DNA of 41,977 nucleotides from an uncultured Thermoplasmata archaeon (GCA_964535775.1 CAZHTV010000002.1:1-41977), one strand, 5' to 3'. Positions 8,240 to 17,488 are shown, counted from the stretch's first letter. Program-made: numbers and translations. The notes: generated by a model not told the origin, from the sequence alone.

Positions 8240-9406
8240 TCACCTCCTCAGGATGGACACTGCGACAGTGCCGCCCGATCCGCCCACGTTGTGGATCAAT
8301 CCCACTTCCGCACCCTTGACCTGCCTGGCCGGCTTCTGGACGGTGCCTCGGAGCTGGTTGAACATCTCATAGGCCATGCCCGTCCCGGTCGAGCCGATCG
8401 GATGACCCTTCGATTTCAGTCCTCCGCTCGCGTTGACCGGTTTGTCGCCAGCTAGCTGCGTGTGTCCCTCCTCCATGAACTGACCGGCCTTGCCCTTCTC
8501 GCAGAACCCCAGGTCCTCGTAGGCAAGCAGCTCGGCAATGGTGAAGCAGTCATGGACCTCGGCGATTTGGACGTCCTTCGGTGAAAGGCCTGACATCTTG
8601 TACGCTGCAGCAGCTGCGCGCTTGGTGCCCTCAAGCGTCACCGTGCTTACCCTGTCGTGGATCGCGAGGAAATCGCTCGCGCCCCCGAAACCGGCGATGT
8701 AGACCGGCGTGTCCGTGTACTGCTTGGCGACCTCGGTGTCGCAGACGAGCACCGCGGACGCTCCGTCCGTCGTAGAACAGCAGTCGAACAGATTGAGGGG
8801 GTCCGCCACGATAGGCCCTTTGATCGCCTGCTCCATGGTGATTTCCCGCTGGAACTGCGCCTTGGGGTTCTGGGCGCCATTCTTGTGATTCTTCACGGCG
8901 ACCATTGACAGGTGTTCCCTCTTGGTGCCGAACTCGTGCATATGTCTCCGGGCCATGAGCGCGTATAGCCCGGCGAAGGTGGTGCCTGCGAGTCTCTCAT
9001 ATTCGGTGTCCCCTGAGACGCCCAGCCAATACTTCTGTTTCATGCCGGAGACGTCCGTCATCTTCTCGACGCCGCCCGCGATAACGACCTTGTGAGCGCC
9101 CGAGAGGATGTCCAAAGCAGCGGAAATGATTGCATATCCGCCAGAGGCACATGCGTTCTCTATCCTCATCGTGTTGATGTGTGTGAGCCCGCAGTACTCC
9201 GTAACGAGGGCAGACATGTTGCCCAGCTGAAACCCGCCAGAGCCGAGATTGCCTATGTACGCCGATCCGATCGACTTGGGGTCTACTCCCTTGTCTACGC
9301 TCGCGGTCATGTCCTTATAGGCCTCGAAGAAGAGCTCCTTGATTCCCTTGTCGGGGAAGTCGCCGTATCTGCTCTGCCCTGCGCCAACGATAGCCACTTT
9401 CTTCAT
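8240..9406 (-). CDS. Acetyl-CoA acetyltransferase / thiolase (archaeal SCP-x-like type)
   Basis: 388 aa. The nucleophile motif ENACASG (Cys86), GHPIGSTGTG and HNVGGSGG are present. GGGAGGT lies 8 nt upstream of the ATG. Confidence 0.85.
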   Translation of the reverse strand: MKKVAIVGAGQSRYGDFPDKGIKELFFEAYKDMTASVDKGVDPKSIGSAYIGNLGSGGFQLGNMSALVTEYCGLTHINTMRIENACASGGYAIISAALDILSGAHKVVIAGGVEKMTDVSGMKQKYWLGVSGDTEYERLAGTTFAGLYALMARRHMHEFGTKREHLSMVAVKNHKNGAQNPKAQFQREITMEQAIKGPIVADPLNLFDCCSTTDGASAVLVCDTEVAKQYTDTPVYIAGFGGASDFLAIHDRVSTVTLEGTKRAAAAAYKMSGLSPKDVQIAEVHDCFTIAELLAYEDLGFCEKGKAGQFMEEGHTQLAGDKPVNASGGLKSKGHPIGSTGTGMAYEMFNQLRGTVQKPARQVKGAEVGLIHNVGGSGGTVAVSILRR

Positions 9407-9680
9407 CCGAAAGACCTCCCGTCAGGCCCCCTCTCAGGACGCGATCGCCCGGACGCCTGCATGTGCGTTCCAGGCGGTCGATTCTGGATGTCTGGAACAG
9501 CGGTTGCTCGAATCAAGGTCAAGCTATTTAACGATTGGCGATTTACACGGGCCCCCAAGCTGCAAACAGACATGCGGTTACGAAAGGGTGCGCGCACAGG
9601 TCAGCGCCCATCCTCGAATCGTACCGCGCAATCCGAGTTCGTAACGCCGTCGCTTTCGACCTGACAAGATGCTAAATACG

Positions 9681-9695
9681 GAATCGTATAATGGG
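9681..9695 (+). promoter_or_regulatory. Candidate TATA box for kamA
   Basis: GAATCGTATAATGGG lies ~40 nt upstream of the ATG at 9732. Confidence 0.4.
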
Positions 9696-9731
9696 TATGA
9701 CCAGGCTGCGGATTGCGTGGAGGCAGTTGCG

Positions 9732-11006
9732 ATGCGCTCGTACAAGGAAGTATCCCTCTGGAAGAACGTCTTAGAGAAGGAATGGGACGATTGGAAGTGG
9801 CAGCTAAGGAACCGTGTCACCACCCTCGAGCAGCTCAAGGAAGTCATCAACCTCACTCCACAAGAGGAGCAAGGAGTCCGCAAGTCGCTCAGGGTCCTCA
9901 GGATGGCAATCAGCCCGTACTTCGCGATGCTGATGGATCCTGACGACCCACACTGCCCCATCAGGATGCAGGCCGTTCCGACCGTGAAGGAGATAGACTT
10001 CAGCGCTTCTGACATGGAGGACCCGCTCTTCGAGGACACGGACTCCCCTACGCACGGCGTCACTCACAGATATCCCGACAGGGTGCTCTTCCTGATCACG
10101 GACATGTGCGGCAACTATTGCAGGCACTGCACACGCAGGAGGTTCGCAGGCCACAAAGACAGACAGGCCGACAGGTCCGCTATCGACGCCTCCATCAAGT
10201 ACATCAAGGAGCACGAGGAGGTCAGAGACGTCCTCCTCTCCGGCGGAGACGGCCTGATGGTTTCAGACGCGATGCTGGAGGACATAATCGAGCGCCTGCA
10301 GGCCATAGACCATGTGGAGATCGTCAGGATAGGAAGCAGGGCTCCGTGCACGCTCCCACAGCGGATAACGCCTGAACTCTGCAAGATGCTGGCGAAACAT
10401 CATCCGATCTGGCTGAACACCCACTTCAATCACCCGAAGGAGATCACTCCTGAGTCCAAACGGGCCGTGGAGATGCTCGCCGACCACGGCATACCCGTCG
10501 GGAACCAATCCGTGCTGTTGAAGGGAATCAACGACTGCCCGACCATCATGAAGAAGTTGTCGCACGAACTCGTCAAGATCAGGTGCAGGCCCTACTACTA
10601 CTACCAGTGCGACCTCTCGAAGGGCATAGAGCACTTCAGGACCGATGTCGCGAAGGGCATCGAGATAGCAGAGGCCCTGAGAGGGCACACTTCTGGATTC
10701 TGCGTCCCGACCTTCATCATAGACGCTCCAGGCGGCGGTGGCAAGATACCAGTGGGTCCCAACTATCTCATCTCGATGTCGGACAAGAGGGTCGTCCTGA
10801 GGAACTACGAGGGGGGCACATTCACTTACCCTCAGCCGAAGGATCGCACGAGCGTCTGCCCGCCCAGCTGCAGGATGTGCGATGACTACAGCAACCTCGA
10901 GAGCAAGGAAGGCGTTGCAGGAGTACTCTCCGGGAACAAGTTGTGCCTCGTCCCCCAGGGCACGCTGCGTGAGGCCAGGCGCAAGGCGTACCGCAAGAAG
11001 AGGTAG
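9732..11006 (+). CDS. kamA: Lysine 2,3-aminomutase (radical SAM, PLP)
   Basis: It is collinear with clostridial KamA from MRSYKEVSLWKNV..WDDWKWQLRNR. It has the CGNYCRHCTRR radical-SAM cluster, HRYPDRVL, IVRIGSR, NTHFNHP and DAPGGGGK. I chose the ATG at 9732 over 9669 because a TATA-like box at 9681-9695 lies between them and the homology starts here. Confidence 0.9.
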   Translation: MRSYKEVSLWKNVLEKEWDDWKWQLRNRVTTLEQLKEVINLTPQEEQGVRKSLRVLRMAISPYFAMLMDPDDPHCPIRMQAVPTVKEIDFSASDMEDPLFEDTDSPTHGVTHRYPDRVLFLITDMCGNYCRHCTRRRFAGHKDRQADRSAIDASIKYIKEHEEVRDVLLSGGDGLMVSDAMLEDIIERLQAIDHVEIVRIGSRAPCTLPQRITPELCKMLAKHHPIWLNTHFNHPKEITPESKRAVEMLADHGIPVGNQSVLLKGINDCPTIMKKLSHELVKIRCRPYYYYQCDLSKGIEHFRTDVAKGIEIAEALRGHTSGFCVPTFIIDAPGGGGKIPVGPNYLISMSDKRVVLRNYEGGTFTYPQPKDRTSVCPPSCRMCDDYSNLESKEGVAGVLSGNKLCLVPQGTLREARRKAYRKKR

Positions 11007-11048
11007 CGTGACTGCTTCGTGACTGGCCTTCTCGGGGCCCTCGCTCCG

Positions 11049-11061
11049 AAAAGGTTAAAAG
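11049..11061 (+). promoter_or_regulatory. Candidate BRE/TATA for the SAM synthetase gene
   Basis: AAAAGGTTAAAAG lies ~45 nt upstream of the ATG at 11103. The same AAAAGG(A/T)T core is seen at the mvk and hmgA promoters. Confidence 0.45.
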
Positions 11062-11102
11062 CGGAAAAGGATTCTTCCGGCCGACCTTTGCGAGATGAGC
11101 CG

Positions 11103-12299
11103 ATGGCTAGGAATATTTTCATTGAGGAACTCAACCAGCTCCCGATCGAGAAGCAAGGTGTGGAATTCGTCGAAAGGAAGGGCGTTGGCCACCCTGACAG
11201 CATTGCGGACGGCCTTGCAGAGAACGTCAGCAGGGCCCTCTGCAAGATGTACATCAAGCTGTACGGGAGGATCCTGCATCACAACACAGACGAGGTGGAG
11301 GTCGTTGGCGGCCAGTCCGCCCCAAAGTTCGGAGGCGGGGCCATACTGGAGCCGTCCTACATACTCCTGGTCGGGAGGGCGACGACCGAGGTCAACGGGG
11401 AGAGACTCCCTTACAGGACCTGCGCCGTCAAGGCAGCGTACGACTACCTTGAGAGGAACTGCAAGCACCTCGACACCGAATGGGGCGTCACCATCGACTG
11501 CCGGATCGGACAGGGCAGCGTCGACCTCAGAGGGGTCTACGAGACCAAGCGCCTCCTGGCAAACGACACATCGTTCGGAGTCGGGTTCGCGCCTTTCAGC
11601 GAGACCGAGACGATCACGCTCGAAACCGAGAAGTACATCAACGGGAAGCTCGGCAGGACGATGCCGGAGCTCGGCGAGGACGTGAAGGTGATGGCCTGTC
11701 GTATGGAGGACCGAATCGACCTGACCATAGCGGTGGCTATGGTCGACTGCAGGCTGTCGAACAAGAACGAGTACAAGAGCTCCATAGAGCAGCTTACGGA
11801 GAGGGTCACAGACTTTGCCCAGAAGTTCACCGATAGGAAGCTGAGGGTTTTCGTGAACACCGCTGACGACTACAAGGGGGACATATTCTACCTGACCGTC
11901 TCCGGGCTGAGCATGGAGAACGGCGACGACGGCTCGGTGGGCAGAGGCAACAGGGCGAACGGTCTGATAACGCCGATGAGACCCATGAGCATGGAGGCCT
12001 CCGCGGGCAAGAACCCAGTGACGCATGTTGGCAAGCTCTACAACATACTGGCGAACCAGGTTGCGAACGACATAGTCAAGGCCGGAAGGGGGGACATCGT
12101 GGAGGTCCAAACGCGCATATTGTCTCAGATAGGGAAGCCGATAGACAGCCCACAGGCGGCGAGTGCGAGGATGATGTACGCCGACAACGTCAACCCGAGG
12201 AAATACGCAAGAGAGGTCGCCGCCCTGTTCGATGAGAAGCTGGCCAATATCACCGGGTTGACGGACAAGATAGTCGCTGGGAAGATATCCGTATTCTAG
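11103..12299 (+). CDS. metK: Archaeal-type S-adenosylmethionine synthetase
   Basis: From the ATG at 11103 ([37 protein letters not shown]), about 398 aa, which is typical of archaeal MAT. The upstream 28 codons of the track ORF are taken as spurious. Confidence 0.9.
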   Translation: MARNIFIEELNQLPIEKQGVEFVERKGVGHPDSIADGLAENVSRALCKMYIKLYGRILHHNTDEVEVVGGQSAPKFGGGAILEPSYILLVGRATTEVNGERLPYRTCAVKAAYDYLERNCKHLDTEWGVTIDCRIGQGSVDLRGVYETKRLLANDTSFGVGFAPFSETETITLETEKYINGKLGRTMPELGEDVKVMACRMEDRIDLTIAVAMVDCRLSNKNEYKSSIEQLTERVTDFAQKFTDRKLRVFVNTADDYKGDIFYLTVSGLSMENGDDGSVGRGNRANGLITPMRPMSMEASAGKNPVTHVGKLYNILANQVANDIVKAGRGDIVEVQTRILSQIGKPIDSPQAASARMMYADNVNPRKYAREVAALFDEKLANITGLTDKIVAGKISVF

Positions 12300-12328
12300 C
12301 CTAGGTCCGGTCAGTCGGCTCCGTCGGG

Positions 12329-15300
12329 CTACCTGACTTCCTCTTCCTTCGACTTAAGGATCTTGGCAAGGTCGGTGAGCTCCCCCTCTATGGACTGCAG
12401 CCTCGACCATTCGTCCTCCAGCCTCTGCTCGTCGCGGCGTATCTCCTCCTCCCTCTGAGAGAGCTTGAGATATAGTTCGTCGAGCTCTACCTTCCTGCGT
12501 TCAAGCTCTGTGATGGCCTTCTCGTCCAGTCCCTCGGCCAGTCCCTTCTTCGAGGCCTCGATGTTCTCCCAGAGGTCCTGCACCTCCGCGCGCTCCTTCT
12601 CAAGTTGCTCCATCTCGACAACAACAGTCCTCTCCCGGGTCTCGAGGTCCCTTTCTCGGTCCCTCATGCGTTCCTCAAGACTCTGCAACTCCAGCTCCCT
12701 CCGGACGAGATCGTCCTCGTTGATCTGAGCTGGCTGAGGCCTGGTGAGGGCCGCCGCGTCCCTCGACACCTCTGACACCCTGATCCTCACTTCCTCTTCG
12801 AGCTGCTCCCTCTTGCCCATGAGCTCGAGCCGCCACTTGTCCAGCTCTGCTCTCAGCTGTTCCAAACCTCTCTCCTTCTGGTCCAGGAGGCCCCGTTCCC
12901 TGTCGAGGTCCTCCTGCATGAGCTCGATCTCGGCAATGGTCTCTTCCAGGGCAGAAGTCCGGGCGAATATCTCTTTCTGCTGAGCCGCGAGGGCGTCCCG
13001 CTGTCGGGCGATCTCTTCAAGGACTTCCCCGTACTCACCCAAGGACTTCCCCGCCTCCTCCTCCTTGGTCCTGAAAGCTGCTCTCTGCTTCTCGAACCCC
13101 CTGATCTCCTGGCTCAGTCCGTCCTCACGCTGCTCGACTGCGACCACCCTCTTCTCGAGCTCGTTTGCGAGCTCGAGCGCTGAGGCCTCGTCCGCGCGCA
13201 GGATTTCCTCCTCCGCGACGAGCTTCGCCTCCCGGTCCTCCAGATCCTTCATGGACGCCGCTGTCCGCTCCCTGACAGCCTCCAGTTCCAACCGCAGCTT
13301 ATCGACATCAGCTCCTGCAGCGGCGACAGCTGCCTCCCGTTCGGCAAGAGCGATGTCCCTTCTCGACATCTCCTCCTGCAGCCGAGCTTGTTCGGAGGTC
13401 CTCTTCTCCAGCTCGTCTTTGGTCTTCTCAATCTCGGAAAATGACTGGGCGACCTCGCCTCGTTCGTCCTCAAGGCGCGCCTTCTCGTCCTCGAGCCGGC
13501 CTCTCTCGGTTTTGAGGGCCTCGAAATCACCCTGCAGTCTTGCAGCCCTTCTGTCCAGCTCGACCTGGGCTTCCTGGATGCTCTGTTCTGACTGCTCGGT
13601 TCTCTGACCAAGATCCACCTTCTGGACCTCGAGCGAATGCGCGATAGTCTTCAGCTCTTCGTCTCTGGCACGCAGATTCGTCTGTGATTCGGCGAGCCTG
13701 GATTCGAGGTCCCTGAGCTCCGACTCCTTCGCAGACAGTTGAGACTGAGACAGATTGAGCTCCTCCTTGACCTTCGCGAGGTTGGCTCTCTCCGCATCGA
13801 GGTCGGCGCGTGAGGCGGTGAGCTGTTCCTCCGTCGCACGAAGCTCGCCTTCCTTCGTCAGAAGCCCTGCCTCTGACTCCGCCAGGCGGGACTCCAGCTG
13901 ATTCAGCTGGAGGCCTTTGGACTCCAGGTCCGCCTGGGACTGCCCCAGCTCCTCCTCGGACCTCTTCAGTTCGGCCTCCTTGGTCATCAGTTGTGAATGT
14001 GATTGTGTCAGTTCTGATTCGAGCTTGCCCAGCTCGGACTCCCTCGTCCGCAGGCTGGCCTGGGACTCCTCCAGCTCCTTCTCCATCTTCTTGAGCTCGG
14101 CGCCGCGTTCGTTCAGCCTGGCCTGCGATTCGACGAGTTTCGCCTCGAGCTCCTTCAGCTGCGCCTCCCTTTCCTGAAGGCCAGCATGGGATGCCTTCAG
14201 CTCGGCCTCGGTTCTTCCCAGCTCGTCATGCTTCTTGCCAAGCTGCTGCTCAGCCCTAAGTAGACGGTCTTCTAGCTCCCCTAGCTCGACCTGCTTCGTG
14301 GAGACGCCTTTCGCGGAAGCTGCAACGGTGAGTTCCCTCGCTGAGACGTATTGGTCCTTCTCCTCCAGCTCCTTTGCCCTCTGTTCCAGCTGCGCTTTCG
14401 CCGCCTCGAGGTCCGACCACACGGCCTCGTTCTCCTTGAGGGTCTTGTCCCTCTCCTGCTGCAGATCCTCCCATTCCTTGGCAAGCGACTCGCGCTGCGA
14501 CTCGAGGGTCTGCTTCTCGGTCCTGAGGTTCTCCACCTGCTCAGCAACCGCCTTCTTGGCTGATTGGATGGCGCTCTCAGCATCTGCAAAGGCCTTCTGC
14601 TTCTCGGCTAGTGTGTTCTCCTCCTCGATAATCCTCTGCTCCCGAACGCTCGCCTCTTGCTCGGTGGAGGTCATCTTGCTCCGGAACGCCTCCAAGGATG
14701 CCGACTCCGCCTCGAGCGTCTTTCGCATCGCCTCGAGCTCGGCGAACTTGGACCCATAGTCGCTCTCCAATTTCGCCTTCTCGCTCCTCAGCGATTTGGA
14801 CAGAGCCTCGAGTTCGGACTTCCGCGATTCAAGCGTCGTCTCCCTTTGCCCGAGCTCCGCTGATTTCGATTTCAGTGATTCTGAGATATCATCAAGCTGG
14901 CCCTTCCATTCCTCGAGTTCCGACTGCTGCGAGGTTATCTCCTGTTCCTTCGCCTCGATCTCAGACTTGGATTTCTCCAATGCCTGCTCATGCTCCAAAA
15001 GTTCGCTCCTCTTGGCCTCCAGGGCGTCCCGCTCGCCCTCGGAAGTCGTGAGCTGTTCCTTCAGGAGCGCTTCCCTGTCCTCGAGGCCCGCCTTGGTTTC
15101 ACGCAGTTCCGCGGTAGCCTGGTCCATTCGCTCTTTCTTGACGGCGAGCTCCTTCTCGAGCTGCTCCAATTCCTCCTTCCTCTTGCCGAGATCCCGACGC
15201 ATTCCATCGATGGCGACGCGCTCCTCTGCCATCTTGAGCTCTGAAGCGGCCACATCGCTTGCGCGCTGGTTCAATATGCTCCTCATCTCGTCGACCGAGA

Positions 15301-17386
15301 TGGACTTCTCCTCTCCCTCCTTGCGCTCATCCTCCAGCTTCGCGAGCTTCTCGTCGATCTCCTTCTGAGCCTCGGTTATCTGCCTCTCGGCCTCCGCCCT
15401 CTCCTGCTCGAACGCCACCTTCTCCTGCTCGAAGGCGTTCCGCTCCTTGACCAGCTCCTCCTTCGCCTTCTGCGACTCTCGCTCGAAGGAGGACTTCTCG
15501 TCGTTGACCGCGGCCGCGTAGTCCTCCGCTTCGGCTCTTATCGATTCTATCTCCTGCTCGATCTTCTTGACAGCCGCTTCTCGCTTGTCCAGCGCGTCCC
15601 TCGTCTTCTGAATGCCGGCGCCGCTTTCCTTGAGCTGAGCCTCGAGCTCGGAAAGGGCCCTGTTTCTGGCCTCGCTCTCCGAGGAGAACCTGTCCTCGTC
15701 CGCCCTCAGCTTCTCCTCACGCCTCTGCAGCTCCGAAGTCTTCCTGGCGAGTTCGGTCCGAAGGGTCTCCATGTCCGTCTGGAACTTCTCGTGGTCTTTC
15801 CTGAGTTGCTCCTCCCTGGCCTTCGCCGCGGCATCGAGCATCGAGGCCTTCTCCAACGCCTGCTTGGAGTCCGTCTCGGAGGCGACGAGCGCCTTCTCCC
15901 TTCTGTCAAGGTCTTCCAGCTTCGATCCTATGGCCTTCTCACGTTCGTTCAGGGCCTGCTCCTGGGTGACAAGCTTTGACTTGAGGCTCTCCAGCTCATG
16001 CGTCAGCTTGGAGATGGATTCCTCACGCTGGTTGACCTCGACGGTCGCACGGTCGAGCGCCGACCTCGTCTGGGAGGCGCCCTCCTCGTGCGCCTTCTTC
16101 AGCCGTTCGAGCTCCTTCCGCTCTGTGTCTATGCCCGCACGGACCTTCTGCAGCTCCACATTTTCCAGGGCCAGCGCGTGCTCCTTCTCGGCGAGCCTCT
16201 TGTCGCGATCCTTCGCCTCCTGGGTTGTTCTCTCGAGCGCCTCCTCGTTCTCCTGTATCGCCTGGAGGCGCTCCCCCATCGCCCTCTTCTCGGCCTGTAC
16301 ATCTTCCATCAGGTCTGAGACCTTCTGCCTCTCCTGCTCAAGGCGTTTCTTCTCACCTTGGACCTCCACCATCCTCTGCTCCGTCTTGAGGCCGACTATC
16401 CTATCCAGCTGCTGATACCTCGACTCTATCTCCTTCTCCATCATCTCGAGGTTCGCTCTCTTCGAATCGAGTGACTGCATCTCCTTCGCCAGTTTCGCCC
16501 TTACCTTTGATGTGAGCTCCGCCTCCTCGCTCGTGAGCTTGATCCTGAAGTTCTCCAGCTCCTTTCGGGTCTGACGGACCCGGACCAGCGTCTGCCGAAC
16601 CTCCTGTCGCTCCTTCTCAAGCTCGGCTCTTTCCGCTGCATTCTTCTGTGACTCTCCTGCCAGCTTCGCTGCCAGAGCGGAAAGCTTCTTCTTCTCATGT
16701 TCGAGCTTCTCCACCTCGACCAGGATCTCATCCTGCTTCAGCTCAGCGACCGCTTCGGCCTCGGCTTCGCTCCTCTGCGGCAACGGCGCAGGCTTCTCGC
16801 CTGAGAACATCTCCAGCTCCCTCTGTATCGAGGCCAGCTTCGTGGGCTCGAGCGTCGAAGCCTTGAGCCCCACGAGCCCCACCGCCTTGTGTATGGCCAC
16901 GAGGTCCCTCACCGTCTGGATGAGCCTCAGGACGCTGACGAACTTGTTGTTGGTGATGACATACTCAAGCGAGTCTATGAGAACAAGCTGGCCCCCGCCC
17001 TCCTCGAGGAACCTCCTGATGTTGAGCGTCAGTCGCTCCAGGTCCTTGGGACCGATGGCATCCTCGCTCATAGCGTTGGTCAGCCAGTATATCGGGACGT
17101 CGGGCACGTTCAGGGACTTCCTCAGGTTCTTCGGGTAGGTCCTCGATATGATCATCCCGCGCATCCCGTTGCGCGTGGCGCTGACGAAGAGAGAGTAGAC
17201 GAGCTCGGGCTTCTCCTCCTCGACGAGATATGTGACACTGGACTCGAGCACAAGCTGCTGGGCCTCTGGCTCTTGCGGAGGCTGCTGTGCGGGGGACCTC
17301 TCCTCATCGCCCTCCTCTCGGGAGGGCGTCAGGGGCTCCGCTGTCTGCTTAAGAGCGGTCTCTCTGGCCTTGTCCCTCAGACCCAT
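12329..17386 (-). CDS. Giant (1685 aa) DUF835-domain / coiled-coil protein
   Basis: Residues ~46-190 (nt ~16817-17251) match my recollection of the DUF835 pattern: YLVEEEKPE..., GMIISRTYP, VPIYWLT, IGPKDLERL, LVLIDSLEYVITNNKF, LRLIQTVRDLV. The remaining ~1450 aa are E/K/L/A/R/Q/S-rich heptad-like sequence with almost no Pro, Gly or aromatic residues. Confidence 0.75.
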   Translation of the reverse strand: MGLRDKARETALKQTAEPLTPSREEGDEERSPAQQPPQEPEAQQLVLESSVTYLVEEEKPELVYSLFVSATRNGMRGMIISRTYPKNLRKSLNVPDVPIYWLTNAMSEDAIGPKDLERLTLNIRRFLEEGGGQLVLIDSLEYVITNNKFVSVLRLIQTVRDLVAIHKAVGLVGLKASTLEPTKLASIQRELEMFSGEKPAPLPQRSEAEAEAVAELKQDEILVEVEKLEHEKKKLSALAAKLAGESQKNAAERAELEKERQEVRQTLVRVRQTRKELENFRIKLTSEEAELTSKVRAKLAKEMQSLDSKRANLEMMEKEIESRYQQLDRIVGLKTEQRMVEVQGEKKRLEQERQKVSDLMEDVQAEKRAMGERLQAIQENEEALERTTQEAKDRDKRLAEKEHALALENVELQKVRAGIDTERKELERLKKAHEEGASQTRSALDRATVEVNQREESISKLTHELESLKSKLVTQEQALNEREKAIGSKLEDLDRREKALVASETDSKQALEKASMLDAAAKAREEQLRKDHEKFQTDMETLRTELARKTSELQRREEKLRADEDRFSSESEARNRALSELEAQLKESGAGIQKTRDALDKREAAVKKIEQEIESIRAEAEDYAAAVNDEKSSFERESQKAKEELVKERNAFEQEKVAFEQERAEAERQITEAQKEIDEKLAKLEDERKEGEEKSISVDEMRSILNQRASDVAASELKMAEERVAIDGMRRDLGKRKEELEQLEKELAVKKERMDQATAELRETKAGLEDREALLKEQLTTSEGERDALEAKRSELLEHEQALEKSKSEIEAKEQEITSQQSELEEWKGQLDDISESLKSKSAELGQRETTLESRKSELEALSKSLRSEKAKLESDYGSKFAELEAMRKTLEAESASLEAFRSKMTSTEQEASVREQRIIEEENTLAEKQKAFADAESAIQSAKKAVAEQVENLRTEKQTLESQRESLAKEWEDLQQERDKTLKENEAVWSDLEAAKAQLEQRAKELEEKDQYVSARELTVAASAKGVSTKQVELGELEDRLLRAEQQLGKKHDELGRTEAELKASHAGLQEREAQLKELEAKLVESQARLNERGAELKKMEKELEESQASLRTRESELGKLESELTQSHSQLMTKEAELKRSEEELGQSQADLESKGLQLNQLESRLAESEAGLLTKEGELRATEEQLTASRADLDAERANLAKVKEELNLSQSQLSAKESELRDLESRLAESQTNLRARDEELKTIAHSLEVQKVDLGQRTEQSEQSIQEAQVELDRRAARLQGDFEALKTERGRLEDEKARLEDERGEVAQSFSEIEKTKDELEKRTSEQARLQEEMSRRDIALAEREAAVAAAGADVDKLRLELEAVRERTAASMKDLEDREAKLVAEEEILRADEASALELANELEKRVVAVEQREDGLSQEIRGFEKQRAAFRTKEEEAGKSLGEYGEVLEEIARQRDALAAQQKEIFARTSALEETIAEIELMQEDLDRERGLLDQKERGLEQLRAELDKWRLELMGKREQLEEEVRIRVSEVSRDAAALTRPQPAQINEDDLVRRELELQSLEERMRDRERDLETRERTVVVEMEQLEKERAEVQDLWENIEASKKGLAEGLDEKAITELERRKVELDELYLKLSQREEEIRRDEQRLEDEWSRLQSIEGELTDLAKILKSKEEEVR
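13649..14203 (-). repeat. About 8-9 tandem 21-residue (63-nt, three-heptad) protein-level repeats inside the giant coiled-coil gene
   Basis: Successive 21-mers: ESQARLNERGAELKKMEKELE / ESQASLRTRESELGKLESELT / QSHSQLMTKEAELKRSEEELG / QSQADLESKGLQLNQLESRLA / ESEAGLLTKEGELRATEEQLT / ASRADLDAERANLAKVKEELN / LSQSQLSAKESELRDLESRLA / ESQTNLRARDEELK. The DNA copies have diverged. Confidence 0.6.
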
Positions 17387-17488
17387 TGTGGACTGGCTCC
17401 GTGTTCCTTTTGTGTTAGGGGGGTTTTCCGTCGTCTTCTGCTCTGAATCTGGTCAAGTAATATATCCGCTCATACATTTAATCGCTTC

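Noticed and set aside
11055-12110. 351-aa minus-strand ORF and other ORFs over the SAM synthetase gene
   Set aside because: They are antisense to or out of frame with a strongly conserved archaeal MAT and carry no motifs.
9732-12299. kamA as part of the methanogen-type ablAB N-epsilon-acetyl-beta-lysine osmolyte operon
   Set aside because: No GNAT acetyltransferase follows kamA. The next gene is SAM synthetase with its own promoter-like element. An ablB elsewhere in the genome cannot be excluded.
12329-17386. Giant protein considered as SMC, Rad50 or another ABC-type chromosome ATPase
   Set aside because: No Walker A/B, signature motif, hinge or zinc hook is visible. The only globular part is the P-loop-less DUF835-like N-terminal domain.
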